Part shown: piece after piece, positions 1 to 8,004 of the stretch
Position numbering within the stretch: position 1 is the stretch's first letter
How the letters are laid out: each line of letters begins with the position of its first letter
Source of the DNA: Anaerolinea sp.
Lineage (GTDB): Bacteria; Chloroflexota; Anaerolineae; Anaerolineales; Anaerolineaceae
DNA length: 64,000 bases
Assembly: GCA_020725865.1 (NCBI GenBank)
Contig: DYEC01000007.1
Coordinates: 2,346 to 66,345 of the forward strand
Direction of reading: 5' to 3'
Program-made: the position numbers and the translations under genes
Notes under the pieces: generated by a model
Database searches by the model: none
Told to the model about the DNA's origin: nothing
Seen by the model: only the letters and a program-made list of their open reading frames with translations

Positions 1-570
1 GATCTCTTTGGCAAATGCCATCAGCTCTTCTTCGGGCAGGTTTTGCAAACGGCGAATCTCCCCCAGCACAGCCCGGGCATGACGCACTGCTTCGACCACA
101 TCGCCGGTGCCGGCTTCGCCTTTGGTCCGGATCATTGCCGCGCCCTCACCGATCCGCCGCAATGCCTCGCCCAGATTGCGCGCCCCGCACACAAACGGCA
201 CCTTGAACTGGTGTTTGTTGATATGATGCTCTTCATCTGCCGGTGTCAGTACCTCGGATTCATCCACATAATCCACCCCAAGCGCCTCCAGAATCTGTGC
301 TTCGACAAAATGACCGATGCGGCATTTCGCCATCACGGGAATGCTCACTGCTTCCATGATGCGCAGAATCAATTCCGGGTCGCTCATGCGCGCCACGCCG
401 CCGTGAGCACGGATATCCGCCGGAACGCGCTCCAGCGCCATAACCGCCACCGCGCCGGCATCCTCGGCAATGCGGGCATGTTCGGGCGTGACCACATCCA
501 TAATGACACCGCCTTTCAGCATCTGTGCCAAACCTTTTTTGACTGCGAAAGTTGCTACTTCCTGCTCCAT
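1..570 (-). CDS. pdxS: Pyridoxal 5'-phosphate synthase lyase subunit PdxS. The N-terminal 190 codons are present and the 3' end runs off the window start.
   Basis: Not in the ORF track because there is no stop in the window. Hand translation of the minus strand from ATG 570-568 gives [65 protein letters not shown]...[19 protein letters not shown]. This is the classic PdxS/SNZ pattern. The frame stays open to base 1. Confidence 0.9.
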   Translation of the reverse strand, partial: MEQEVATFAVKKGLAQMLKGGVIMDVVTPEHARIAEDAGAVAVMALERVPADIRAHGGVARMSDPELILRIMEAVSIPVMAKCRIGHFVEAQILEALGVDYVDESEVLTPADEEHHINKHQFKVPFVCGARNLGEALRRIGEGAAMIRTKGEAGTGDVVEAVRHARAVLGEIRRLQNLPEEELMAFAKEI

Positions 571-780
571 AGCTTACACTCCTCACCAGAAATATCACCT
601 GTGCTTTCAGAAATGAAATACCACAGCCTATTTAATCTTTCGGAGTGAATTTTAATCCCGTCTTGGATGGGTTGTTAGAGCCAGTTCTGCGTTATTTCGA
701 CCAGTCCACTTTGTTAAAAACAAAAAAACCGCTGGGGTTACAAAAACCACAAGGTTTGCAAAATTAAGAAAATGGACAGG

Positions 781-1632
781 CTAGTTTCTGGAACGCCGCA
801 ATAAAGAGAAATAAATCCCCAAGCCAGCGCCGCCCAACACCATCAGACCGCCCAATATGGCAAGCAGTGGAGAACGGCGGGTTTCCTGCGGCTCTTGTGG
901 AAGTCCTTGCGAGCTGAGCTGAGCGCCAAAATCCAAAACGGAAATATCACCGGCGCGCAGTTTTAACGGGTAATTCGTTTGTGTTGTTGGGTTATACCCT
1001 TGCGGGACAGCAATACTGACGGTATAGTCCCCTTCAGGCAGGTTGTCAAAACAGACGCGCGGCGGTTCATCCGTCTCAGGATCAAATTGGTCGCTGGTGG
1101 TGCCGGTAAGCGAGACTGTACCGGTTTTATCCGTTACACTGATCGCCCCGCCGGCGATGGGTGGTTCAGTTTCCTCCGCCAACGCATTCCCATTAACATC
1201 ATCAAAGAGATAAACGCAAATCGTCCCTGTGCCAGGGAAGGGGGTTGGAGTGGGAATAGCGGGGGTCTCGGTTGGTGTTGGTCCGGGCATGGGGGTCGGG
1301 GTCTGATAAATCCCCAGTAAAAGTTGCTGTCCTTCACGTAGTGCGCATTCTTCATCCAGATTATTGATGCGGCGCAGTTCATTGATGTCCACACCGGTCA
1401 AGAGGGAAATACTCAAACAGGTATCGCCGCCCTTGACGATATAAATGATACGCCCATCTGCCCCGGCAGTGGGAGTCTGATAATACACCTGTGCAGGCGG
1501 GCTGGCGGATGCGGGACTGATCAGCACACCTGCCAGCACAATTACAACAATCGGGATAAAAACCAACCAGAATTTGTGTTTCATGGCGGAGAAATTATAA
1601 CATGAGGATTTATCAGGCAAGCACTCATTCAT
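781..1632 (-). CDS. LysM domain-containing envelope protein with an N-terminal TM, a Pro/Thr linker and a C-terminal TM anchor
   Basis: 283-aa ORF. It has a TM segment (FWLVFIPIVVIVLAGVL) and a LysM motif (YIVKGGDTCLSISLLTGVDINELRRINNL...REGQQLLLG). A PTPTP-rich linker, a beta-rich domain, and a C-terminal hydrophobic helix with an RRSRN tail follow. ATG 1632 overlaps the recN stop as ATGA. An alternative ATG lies at 1584 (MKHKFW). Confidence 0.7.
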   Translation of the reverse strand: MNECLPDKSSCYNFSAMKHKFWLVFIPIVVIVLAGVLISPASASPPAQVYYQTPTAGADGRIIYIVKGGDTCLSISLLTGVDINELRRINNLDEECALREGQQLLLGIYQTPTPMPGPTPTETPAIPTPTPFPGTGTICVYLFDDVNGNALAEETEPPIAGGAISVTDKTGTVSLTGTTSDQFDPETDEPPRVCFDNLPEGDYTVSIAVPQGYNPTTQTNYPLKLRAGDISVLDFGAQLSSQGLPQEPQETRRSPLLAILGGLMVLGGAGLGIYFSLLRRSRN

Positions 1633-3377
1633 TGCGTACTGGCATTCATGCTCAATTCTTTTGCGCGCCGGCGCGCTTGTTCCAGTGTTGCCTGCGCCGC
1701 GCGGCGGTTTTCTTCATTAAGCGCACCCAGCATTTGCGCCAGTTCTTCCTGTCGTGCGGCATCATCCAAACGCTCAACAACGGTCTGCGTGCGCCCGCTT
1801 TCCACCCGTTTGAGGACGCGGAAATGCTGATCACCAAAAGCCGCCAATTGCGGCAGATGGGTCACGCATAGCACCTGATGCTGACGTCCAAGCTGCCAGA
1901 GCTTTTCCCCTACCACTGCGCCCACGCGCCCGCCGATGCCCTGATCAATTTCATCAAAAATCAAGGTTGGAATGGCATCGGCGCGCACCAGCACATTTTT
2001 AAGCGCCAACATCAGGCGCGAAGTCTCGCCGCCAGATGCGGTTTTAACCAGCGGCTTGAATCCTTCGCCCGGGTTAGGGGCAATCAGGAACTCGGCGCGA
2101 TCCAGCCCGGTTTCGTCAAACGCCAGCCGCCGCCCGCCTATCGGTACGCCCGTTTCATCCTCTTCCTGCTCAATTTCGACCTTGAAGCGCGCCCCAGACA
2201 TATTCAAATCATCCAGTTCGCGCTCCACCGCCGCGGCAAGCCGCTCGGCAGCTTGTTTTCGCAGATCGGAAAGCCGTTGCCCCTGCTGCGCCAGTTGAGC
2301 CAACACTTGCTGTTCTTCTTCTTCCAACTGCTGGATGCGCTCGCCGGCGTGGGCAATTGCCTCCAGCTTTTGCCGTGCCTCGATCCCATGCGCCAGAACG
2401 GCAGTGATACTGCCGCCATATTTCCGTTTCAGGCGGTGAATCAGCTCCAGCCGGTCTTCCACCTGCTCCAGACGGCGCGGGTTAAATTCCAACCGTTCCA
2501 GATAATCCTGCAAAGAGCGGATCAGTTCATCGCTGCTTTCGCTCATCATGCCGGCATGTTCTGCCAATGCCGCCTGCGAGGCATCAATGCGCGCCAGCGC
2601 ATTGAGCGAGTGTACCAGCCGACCCAGCAAATCGGAAACCGAGGGCAATTCTGGAGTAGCCCCTTCCAGAATTGCCAGCGCCTGACGCGTCAACGTTGCC
2701 AGGGTTTCGGCATTTGCCAGACGATCGCGCTCTTGTTTCAGTGTTTCTTCTTCTCCATCACGCAGATGGGCGGCTTCAATTTCCTGCGCCTGAAATTCCA
2801 GCAGTTCCGCCCGCTGTGCGGCATCTTTTTCGCTCTGGCGTAACTCGCGCAATTCACGCCGAAGCGCAATCAAACGCCGGTAAGATTGGCGATATTCATT
2901 AAGCAGGGCTTCACTGCCGGCATAGCGGTCAAGCAAGCCAAGATGCTGACGCACATTAAGCAGCGAGAGATGCTCCGATTGCCCATGAATATCCACCAGA
3001 TACTCGCCCAGTTCGCGCAATAGTGCAAGGCTGACCGAACGCCCGTTGACGCGCGCCACACTGCGCCCCTCCCGGCGCAGTTCGCGCGCCAGGGTTAAAT
3101 ATTCATCCTCTTCGCGCAGGTCTTCTCGGTCCAAAATGTCGAGAATCTCTTTGCGAGAGGTCTCCGGCAGGCGAAAGACGGCTTCCACCACCGCCTTATC
3201 GGCGCCGCTGCGAATGGCATTGACATCTGCACGACCGCCCACGATGGCTTCAATTGCATCCAGCAGAATGGATTTGCCGGCACCGGTTTCGCCGGTAAAT
3301 GTCACCAGCCCGGCGCCGAATTCCAGCTCCAAATGCTGGATGATGGCAAAATTATCAATCCGCAATTCAGTCAGCAT
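1629..3377 (-). CDS. recN: DNA repair protein RecN
   Basis: 582 aa. MLTELRIDNFAII...FTGETGAGKSILLDAI is the Walker A region. A long coiled-coil middle follows. The C-terminus has ASGGETSRLMLALK and LIFDEIDQGIGG. Confidence 0.95.
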   Translation of the reverse strand: MLTELRIDNFAIIQHLELEFGAGLVTFTGETGAGKSILLDAIEAIVGGRADVNAIRSGADKAVVEAVFRLPETSRKEILDILDREDLREEDEYLTLARELRREGRSVARVNGRSVSLALLRELGEYLVDIHGQSEHLSLLNVRQHLGLLDRYAGSEALLNEYRQSYRRLIALRRELRELRQSEKDAAQRAELLEFQAQEIEAAHLRDGEEETLKQERDRLANAETLATLTRQALAILEGATPELPSVSDLLGRLVHSLNALARIDASQAALAEHAGMMSESSDELIRSLQDYLERLEFNPRRLEQVEDRLELIHRLKRKYGGSITAVLAHGIEARQKLEAIAHAGERIQQLEEEEQQVLAQLAQQGQRLSDLRKQAAERLAAAVERELDDLNMSGARFKVEIEQEEDETGVPIGGRRLAFDETGLDRAEFLIAPNPGEGFKPLVKTASGGETSRLMLALKNVLVRADAIPTLIFDEIDQGIGGRVGAVVGEKLWQLGRQHQVLCVTHLPQLAAFGDQHFRVLKRVESGRTQTVVERLDDAARQEELAQMLGALNEENRRAAQATLEQARRRAKELSMNASTQ

Positions 3378-3379
3378 AG

Positions 3380-3952
3380 CTATGTCTTCACTCGAATACC
3401 GCGCAAGCGGTAATATACGGTCGTGGTGACAAGAATGACATAAGCACCCTGCCAGACAAGCGGCAGTATGGCAAACCCGCTACTTAGCGGGTCGTTTGTA
3501 ATTCGGAGCAACGTCCCAAGCAGGTTGATCAGCAGAAGGGGTAGCGCCCCGAGCGCGGTTGCCACTGCTACCAATGTGAACAGGTGCCTTGAACGGCGCC
3601 GCCGGGTAACACGCCTCACAACATTGGCAATGACGGCGCCCACTGCCGGTGAAATCAGCAGGCTGAAATACCCCCAGAAAATCAATCCACTGATTGCGGC
3701 AACCACCAAACTACCTAGAAACGAAAGCACGCCGGCTGAAATCATCCCCAGCGGGTAATCCACCCACTGAGCCGTTTCAAAGACCTTTTGCTGGCCCTTA
3801 ATACATTCCTTGCAGCGGTAACCGGTCGGGGTAAGAACGGCACAGCTGGTACAGATTGGACGCTCGCAGCGGTTGCAGCGGAGCGTCGTTTCGCGGTTGG
3901 GATGGTTGTAGCAATAGAGTTTTTCTTCAATGGCTGGCAAAGTCATTGTCAT
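3380..3952 (-). CDS. Membrane protein with an N-terminal B-box/zinc-ribbon domain, function unknown
   Basis: 190 aa. The N-terminus is Cys-rich (CYNHPNRETTLRCNRCERPICTSCAV...YRCKEC). About 4 hydrophobic helices follow. The stop lies 2 nt from the recN start. The 5' end overlaps the nadK 3' end by 26 nt. Confidence 0.6.
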   Translation of the reverse strand: MTMTLPAIEEKLYCYNHPNRETTLRCNRCERPICTSCAVLTPTGYRCKECIKGQQKVFETAQWVDYPLGMISAGVLSFLGSLVVAAISGLIFWGYFSLLISPAVGAVIANVVRRVTRRRRSRHLFTLVAVATALGALPLLLINLLGTLLRITNDPLSSGFAILPLVWQGAYVILVTTTVYYRLRGIRVKT

Positions 3953-4856
3953 CCCCTACGATTGGATTTCGTTCCATATACTTGGTCAAATTTCGATAAA
4001 AATAACCGGGGTCCTGAAAGCGAATGAACGAGACGGAATGTTCGCTGGCGCCGGCGCGCACCTCGTCCTCCGCCAGCATGGTCACCGGAGACTGCCCGTC
4101 CACGCTCAATACTGCTTCATGGCTGGTATTCACTGAAAGCGTGACCCAAGCCCCTTCTGCCAAAATAATCGCGCGGTCCATGGAAAGGTGTGGCGCAACA
4201 GGGATAATCAAAAGATTGCGCAGTTCCGGGGGCATGACCGGACCGCTGGCTGCCATTGCATAAGCCGTTGATCCGGTGGCGGTTGAGACGATTACTCCAT
4301 CGGCATTATAACCTGCCAGCGGAATGCCGTCCACACGGGCGTTGATCTGGATTGGGCGGACGAATTGCCCGCGGCATACCACCACATCATTGAGCGCCTC
4401 CCATGTCCCCAAGCAGGTTTTGCCGCGCCAGTGCGAAACCGAGAGCATCATTCGGTCTTCCAGCCAGTAATTCCCCTCCAATAATAGGGGCAGTACTGTC
4501 CGCCATTGATGGCGCTGAATTTCGATCAAAAACCCAAACCGCCCGATGTTAATCCCCAGCACCGGCAGTCCAAACGGCGCGCATAAGCGACCCGCGCGCA
4601 GCATGGTACCATCTCCGCCCAGCGCAACCAACACGTCAAAGCCGCCGCTGCGTACCTGCTGGCGCAGATTTTCATCATACAGCGAAGCGCATAACTGCTC
4701 TGTCACCCCCTGCTCATACAGATAGCGGCTGACCGCCTGTGCCTCTTCTGAAGCCTGAGGCAGCTGCGGATGATAGGTAATAGCAAAACGGTGGGGGAGT
4801 ATATCCGGTTTGCGCATGGTTTTATTATAAGTTGAAATCATTGCACCGGTGAACAC
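3927..4856 (-). CDS. nadK: NAD+ kinase
   Basis: Motifs GGDGTMLRAGR, NDVVVCRG and DGVIVSTATGSTAYAMAASGPV are present. The start is ambiguous: GTG 4856, ATG 4841 or ATG 4817. Confidence 0.9.
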   Translation of the reverse strand: MFTGAMISTYNKTMRKPDILPHRFAITYHPQLPQASEEAQAVSRYLYEQGVTEQLCASLYDENLRQQVRSGGFDVLVALGGDGTMLRAGRLCAPFGLPVLGINIGRFGFLIEIQRHQWRTVLPLLLEGNYWLEDRMMLSVSHWRGKTCLGTWEALNDVVVCRGQFVRPIQINARVDGIPLAGYNADGVIVSTATGSTAYAMAASGPVMPPELRNLLIIPVAPHLSMDRAIILAEGAWVTLSVNTSHEAVLSVDGQSPVTMLAEDEVRAGASEHSVSFIRFQDPGYFYRNLTKYMERNPIVGDDNDFASH

Positions 4857-4860
4857 CCGT

Positions 4861-5379
4861 TCAGCTTAATTTCTGATCACATACCGAGTGATAGCCGCAA
4901 CCAGTACATCGTCCTAGCGACTGATGAGAACGGTTTAGCTGCTTGCTTTGTTCCCGAGTGCGCATTTGGGTGATTAATTGTAACAACTCCGCTTCCAATT
5001 GTGGGGTGTAATCCACCTCAAAGGTACGATTACGGTAGCGGATCAGTCCATAAGGCGGGCGGTTGCCGGTGGAACGTTCCACGAGCAGACAATACGCAGC
5101 CAACTGCAGAACATGCCCGGCATGCGGCTGAGGGGGTGCATAAGCCGACTTGACCTCGACCGGAATCCATCCCTCTTTGCACTTAACCAGATAATCCGGC
5201 TTGCCGGTCAGACCGCTGAGCGGGTCAAAGAGCGGTTTTTCCACTTTTCCCCAGCCGCCGGTATCCGTATAGACCACGCGACCTAATGGCAGTCCGCTGG
5301 CGCGGTGCCGGCGGGCAGCCTGCCAAAGGGCAAGTAATCCCAATACCAGCAAAACCACTGCGGCAAGGAAAAACTTCAT
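4861..5379 (-). CDS. Cas4/RecB-type PD-(D/E)XK nuclease, C-terminal catalytic part with an N-terminal TM helix
   Basis: The ORF track gives 193 aa. I place the start at ATG 5379 (MKFFLAAVVLLVLGLLALW), which overlaps the upstream stop as ATGA. Core motifs are GKPDYLV...IPVEVKS (D...ExK), QLAAY (QxxxY) and the C-terminal CTGCGYHSVC (CX2CX5C). Confidence 0.7.
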   Translation of the reverse strand: MKFFLAAVVLLVLGLLALWQAARRHRASGLPLGRVVYTDTGGWGKVEKPLFDPLSGLTGKPDYLVKCKEGWIPVEVKSAYAPPQPHAGHVLQLAAYCLLVERSTGNRPPYGLIRYRNRTFEVDYTPQLEAELLQLITQMRTREQSKQLNRSHQSLGRCTGCGYHSVCDQKLS

Positions 5380-5615
5380 TTCAGGAACGTCTCCGTTATG
5401 GCAACTGCCATCAATGCCAGAGCTGCTAACAGCAATACCCACCCCGCCAGACGCAGCAATCCCGCCAGCAACACCTGCCGGCCATGCCGGCGATGATAGG
5501 CATTACCATTCTCCAATTCAGCCCGGTTTGCCAGTTCCAGCCCTTGCAGTTGATACCACCAGGCGCGCTCACAATACAGAAATGTGCCAATTTCAGAGGC
5601 GCGAATGATTCTCAT
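5376..5615 (-). CDS. Small membrane protein carrying the N-terminal helix and first cysteine of a Cas4-like nuclease (the N-terminal part of a split gene)
   Basis: 79 aa. ASEIGTFLYCERAWWYQ resembles the Cas4-family N-terminus with its first Fe-S cysteine. A TM helix follows (LLAGLLRLAGWVLLLAALALMAVAI). The start ATG overlaps the translin stop as ATGA (5612-5615). Confidence 0.55.
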   Translation of the reverse strand: MRIIRASEIGTFLYCERAWWYQLQGLELANRAELENGNAYHRRHGRQVLLAGLLRLAGWVLLLAALALMAVAITETFLK

Positions 5616-6262
5616 GGATCAGTTGGCAGACGGTGTGCAACTTCCTGCAAAGCCTGCTTAAGTTTTTCTTCACGCAGGCTGAGCGTCAAATCGCCGCGAG
5701 TACGTTCGACAATGCCGCGCACCAGATCGGTCTGGCGGCGCAAGCCGTTGGTGACAGCATCCGGATAATCTAATGTGACCAGCAGAGCATAAATTTCATC
5801 CATCGCACCCAAAAGACGCTCCGCTTCTTCTGAATAGCCGTGACGCAGAATATCCAGTACACGGCGGCGCAGTTCTCCGGGCACTTCCGCCAATCCATTG
5901 ATATACGTGGCAACTTCAACGCCCAGTTCCTCCGGCAGGGGCAACGGATGGTCTGAAATGATTGCCGCGGTCAGGCGAGCCTCGCAATACTCTTTGAGGG
6001 CATCCTGCGTGTAACCGGCAAAGTACAATTCAGGATAAGGCTGCAGTTCCTGCCGCAAAGCTTCCACCAGCCGGTGCGCCTGTTGCAGGTGTTCTTCTGC
6101 CCGCTCCTGTTCGTTGCGGTGAATAGCGCGGATGGCATGAGCGGCGTGGCGGGTAAGCTGCCGCGCCTGCGCCAGGGCGCGGTCGCGTGCCTGAGTGCGG
6201 GTTTCAAAAGCCTGATGCACCGCCTCTCCTAGAAAAGCAAACCTCTCAATCAAACCCGACAC
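5612..6262 (-). CDS. Translin/TRAX family protein
   Basis: 216 aa with an all-helical look. YINGLAEVPGELRRRVLD and GLRRQTDLVRGIVERTRGDL match the conserved C-terminal helices of the translin family. From memory, the eukaryotic TRAX version is YLLGVADLTGELMR. Confidence 0.7.
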   Translation of the reverse strand: MSGLIERFAFLGEAVHQAFETRTQARDRALAQARQLTRHAAHAIRAIHRNEQERAEEHLQQAHRLVEALRQELQPYPELYFAGYTQDALKEYCEARLTAAIISDHPLPLPEELGVEVATYINGLAEVPGELRRRVLDILRHGYSEEAERLLGAMDEIYALLVTLDYPDAVTNGLRRQTDLVRGIVERTRGDLTLSLREEKLKQALQEVAHRLPTDP

Positions 6263-6265
6263 AGG

Positions 6266-6604
6266 CTAACCTCCTGAAGGTGAGTCGGGCGGTTGGATGG
6301 TGCGGAACAGGTCATTTGCCAGCGTGGAATCATTCGGCATAGCAATTTCGCCAAAGCTGGCTTCATAGCGCGCCAGATTCTCGCCCAATGCGCGCCAGAA
6401 CAGCTTTGCACCTACGGGCGACATCACCAGACGGGATAACACCTGTAAGCTATCTGCCTGACCGGGCAGCAGACGGGCGTAATCAAAGACGATCTCCGCC
6501 GGGGTATGACTGATGCGCACCAGGTTGACATAAACCGCTTCCAGTCCGGGGGGTAATTCCAAGCGGGGAGCAACATTGCGATTCGCGGGCGGTATGGTCA
6601 TCAT
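6266..6604 (-). CDS. DUF3467 domain-containing protein
   Basis: 112 aa. The core VYVNLVRISHTPAEIVFDYARLLPG...LVMSPVGAKLFWRAL resembles the DUF3467 family pattern as I remember it. Confidence 0.65.
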   Translation of the reverse strand: MMTIPPANRNVAPRLELPPGLEAVYVNLVRISHTPAEIVFDYARLLPGQADSLQVLSRLVMSPVGAKLFWRALGENLARYEASFGEIAMPNDSTLANDLFRTIQPPDSPSGG

Positions 6605-6616
6605 CTACCTCCCACT

Positions 6617-7033
6617 TTAGAAGGGAATTTCCTCATCACCAACCATCGTTTCTTCAACATCGGCGGCAGGAACTCCGGGTTCACCCTCGCCTCTGCCCAA
6701 AAAGCGCACAGTAGAGGCAGTCACCTCAAAAGAGGCTGCAGCACTGCCGTCCTGCCGCTTCCAGATGCGCGGTCCACCTGTGGATGGATCGGGCATCAAT
6801 CGGCCTTCAATCAACACTGTGCGCCCCTTCTTTAGATATTGATTGCATGTTTCAGCCAGTTTTCCCCAAGTGGAAACCCGGAACCAGATCGTTTCCTTGA
6901 CCGGTTGTCCATCGCTTCCGGTATACTGCCGGTTGGTCGCCACCGAAAAACTGGTTACCGCCTGTCCGGTGGGTGTATAACGCATTTCGGGGTCGCGCCC
7001 CACATTGCCAACAATCACAATGGTATGAAACAT
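6617..7033 (-). CDS. ssb: Single-stranded DNA-binding protein
   Basis: 138 aa. The OB-fold N-terminus reads MFHTIVIVGNVGRDPEMRYTPTGQAVTSFSVATNR. The acidic C-terminal tail ends in EEIPF. Confidence 0.95.
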   Translation of the reverse strand: MFHTIVIVGNVGRDPEMRYTPTGQAVTSFSVATNRQYTGSDGQPVKETIWFRVSTWGKLAETCNQYLKKGRTVLIEGRLMPDPSTGGPRIWKRQDGSAAASFEVTASTVRFLGRGEGEPGVPAADVEETMVGDEEIPF

Positions 7034-7143
7034 CTCAGGGCTCCTTATTCAAAAAATCACTGCATTTTCATCATTGTACATGATACCACAATGACAAAAA
7101 TAATTTTCCCTTCGCGGGTTTTCCAGAATATATCACCCAAGGC

Positions 7144-8004
7144 TTACGGAGTAAGAGGCGGAAAGGTCGGCGTGCGAGTGACGCGCCAGGGAAGAACCGC
7201 CGTAGGCGTGGCGGCGCTGGCGGTTGCCTCCAGCGGCGAAATGCGCTGTGCGTCCAGTGCATAAATTGCCAGATTGGAAAAATTGACTGTCAGAGCGTTC
7301 TTTCCAGCAGACCGGGCAAACACACCAATGCTTCCCCTCTGCCAGACCGTGTCATGAATGCCAAATTGATACACATCATTAATAAAGAAACGCATTTCAT
7401 TATTGAGCATCCATACACCCACTCGTAAAACCAGCGGGGAGCCGGGCGGCACTTGAGCGCTGGGAGTCCAGTCATACAGGATCACCACTTTACTGTTCTT
7501 GATGCGTTCCAGGCGCAGCATCCCGTTGCAGGCGATCAAAAAGCGGTAGGTATCCTGCGGGCTGGCAGCGCGCAGCAGCAAGCCATATACATCCGCCCCG
7601 CGGCACAGGGAAGGATTGGCGGTAATTTCCAGATAGAAATTATCCAAAGCCGGCTCGCGGCGAAAACTGAACAACACCCCTTGCGGTTGAGCGATTGCGA
7701 GGGTCAGCTCCTGTTTACCAAATGCCACACTGCCCGCCGCGCTGCGCTGTGTTTGCCACGGCGAGTTCTGTTCAAAATCATCTTCAAGGATCAGCTTGCC
7801 GATTCCGGGGCGCAGGTCTGGCGTGGGCTGGGTGGTTGGGGTCGCCAGAGGACGGGGGGTGTCCGTCGGCGGGAACCATTGAATGGTTGCCGTCGGTGTT
7901 GCGCTGGGCGAGGGGGTATCGGTAGGTAAAACTTCTACCTCGCCCTGCCCTGAGCAAGCCGCCAAGATGACCAGTAGCAAGGAAAGGACAATAAAACGCC
8001 TCAA
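7144..8004 (-). CDS. Lipoprotein with a Pro/Thr-rich linker and a beta-sandwich (concanavalin-like) C-terminal domain, function unknown
   Basis: 286 aa. A lipobox-like signal (LLLVILAACSG) is followed by a PTxTP-rich linker and a beta-rich domain. The TTG start at 8004 overlaps the purA stop as TTGA. Confidence 0.6.
   Translation of the reverse strand: MRRFIVLSLLLVILAACSGQGEVEVLPTDTPSPSATPTATIQWFPPTDTPRPLATPTTQPTPDLRPGIGKLILEDDFEQNSPWQTQRSAAGSVAFGKQELTLAIAQPQGVLFSFRREPALDNFYLEITANPSLCRGADVYGLLLRAASPQDTYRFLIACNGMLRLERIKNSKVVILYDWTPSAQVPPGSPLVLRVGVWMLNNEMRFFINDVYQFGIHDTVWQRGSIGVFARSAGKNALTVNFSNLAIYALDAQRISPLEATASAATPTAVLPWRVTRTPTFPPLTP

Noticed and set aside
43-648. 201-aa plus-strand ORF (and 112-aa minus ORF at 260-598) at the window start
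   Set aside because: A different minus-strand frame over the same bases encodes an unmistakable PdxS N-terminus. These ORFs are alternate-frame or antisense artefacts with Arg/His/Cys-rich, motif-free sequences.
1878-2843. 321-aa plus-strand ORF
   Set aside because: It is fully antisense to recN. Its composition is low-complexity and Q/R/F-rich, as is typical of antisense frames in GC-rich genes.
4861-5615. A CRISPR-Cas locus implied by the Cas4-like gene
   Set aside because: No direct-repeat/spacer array and no cas1, cas2 or effector genes occur anywhere in the window. I treat the gene as a stand-alone Cas4/RecB-family nuclease.
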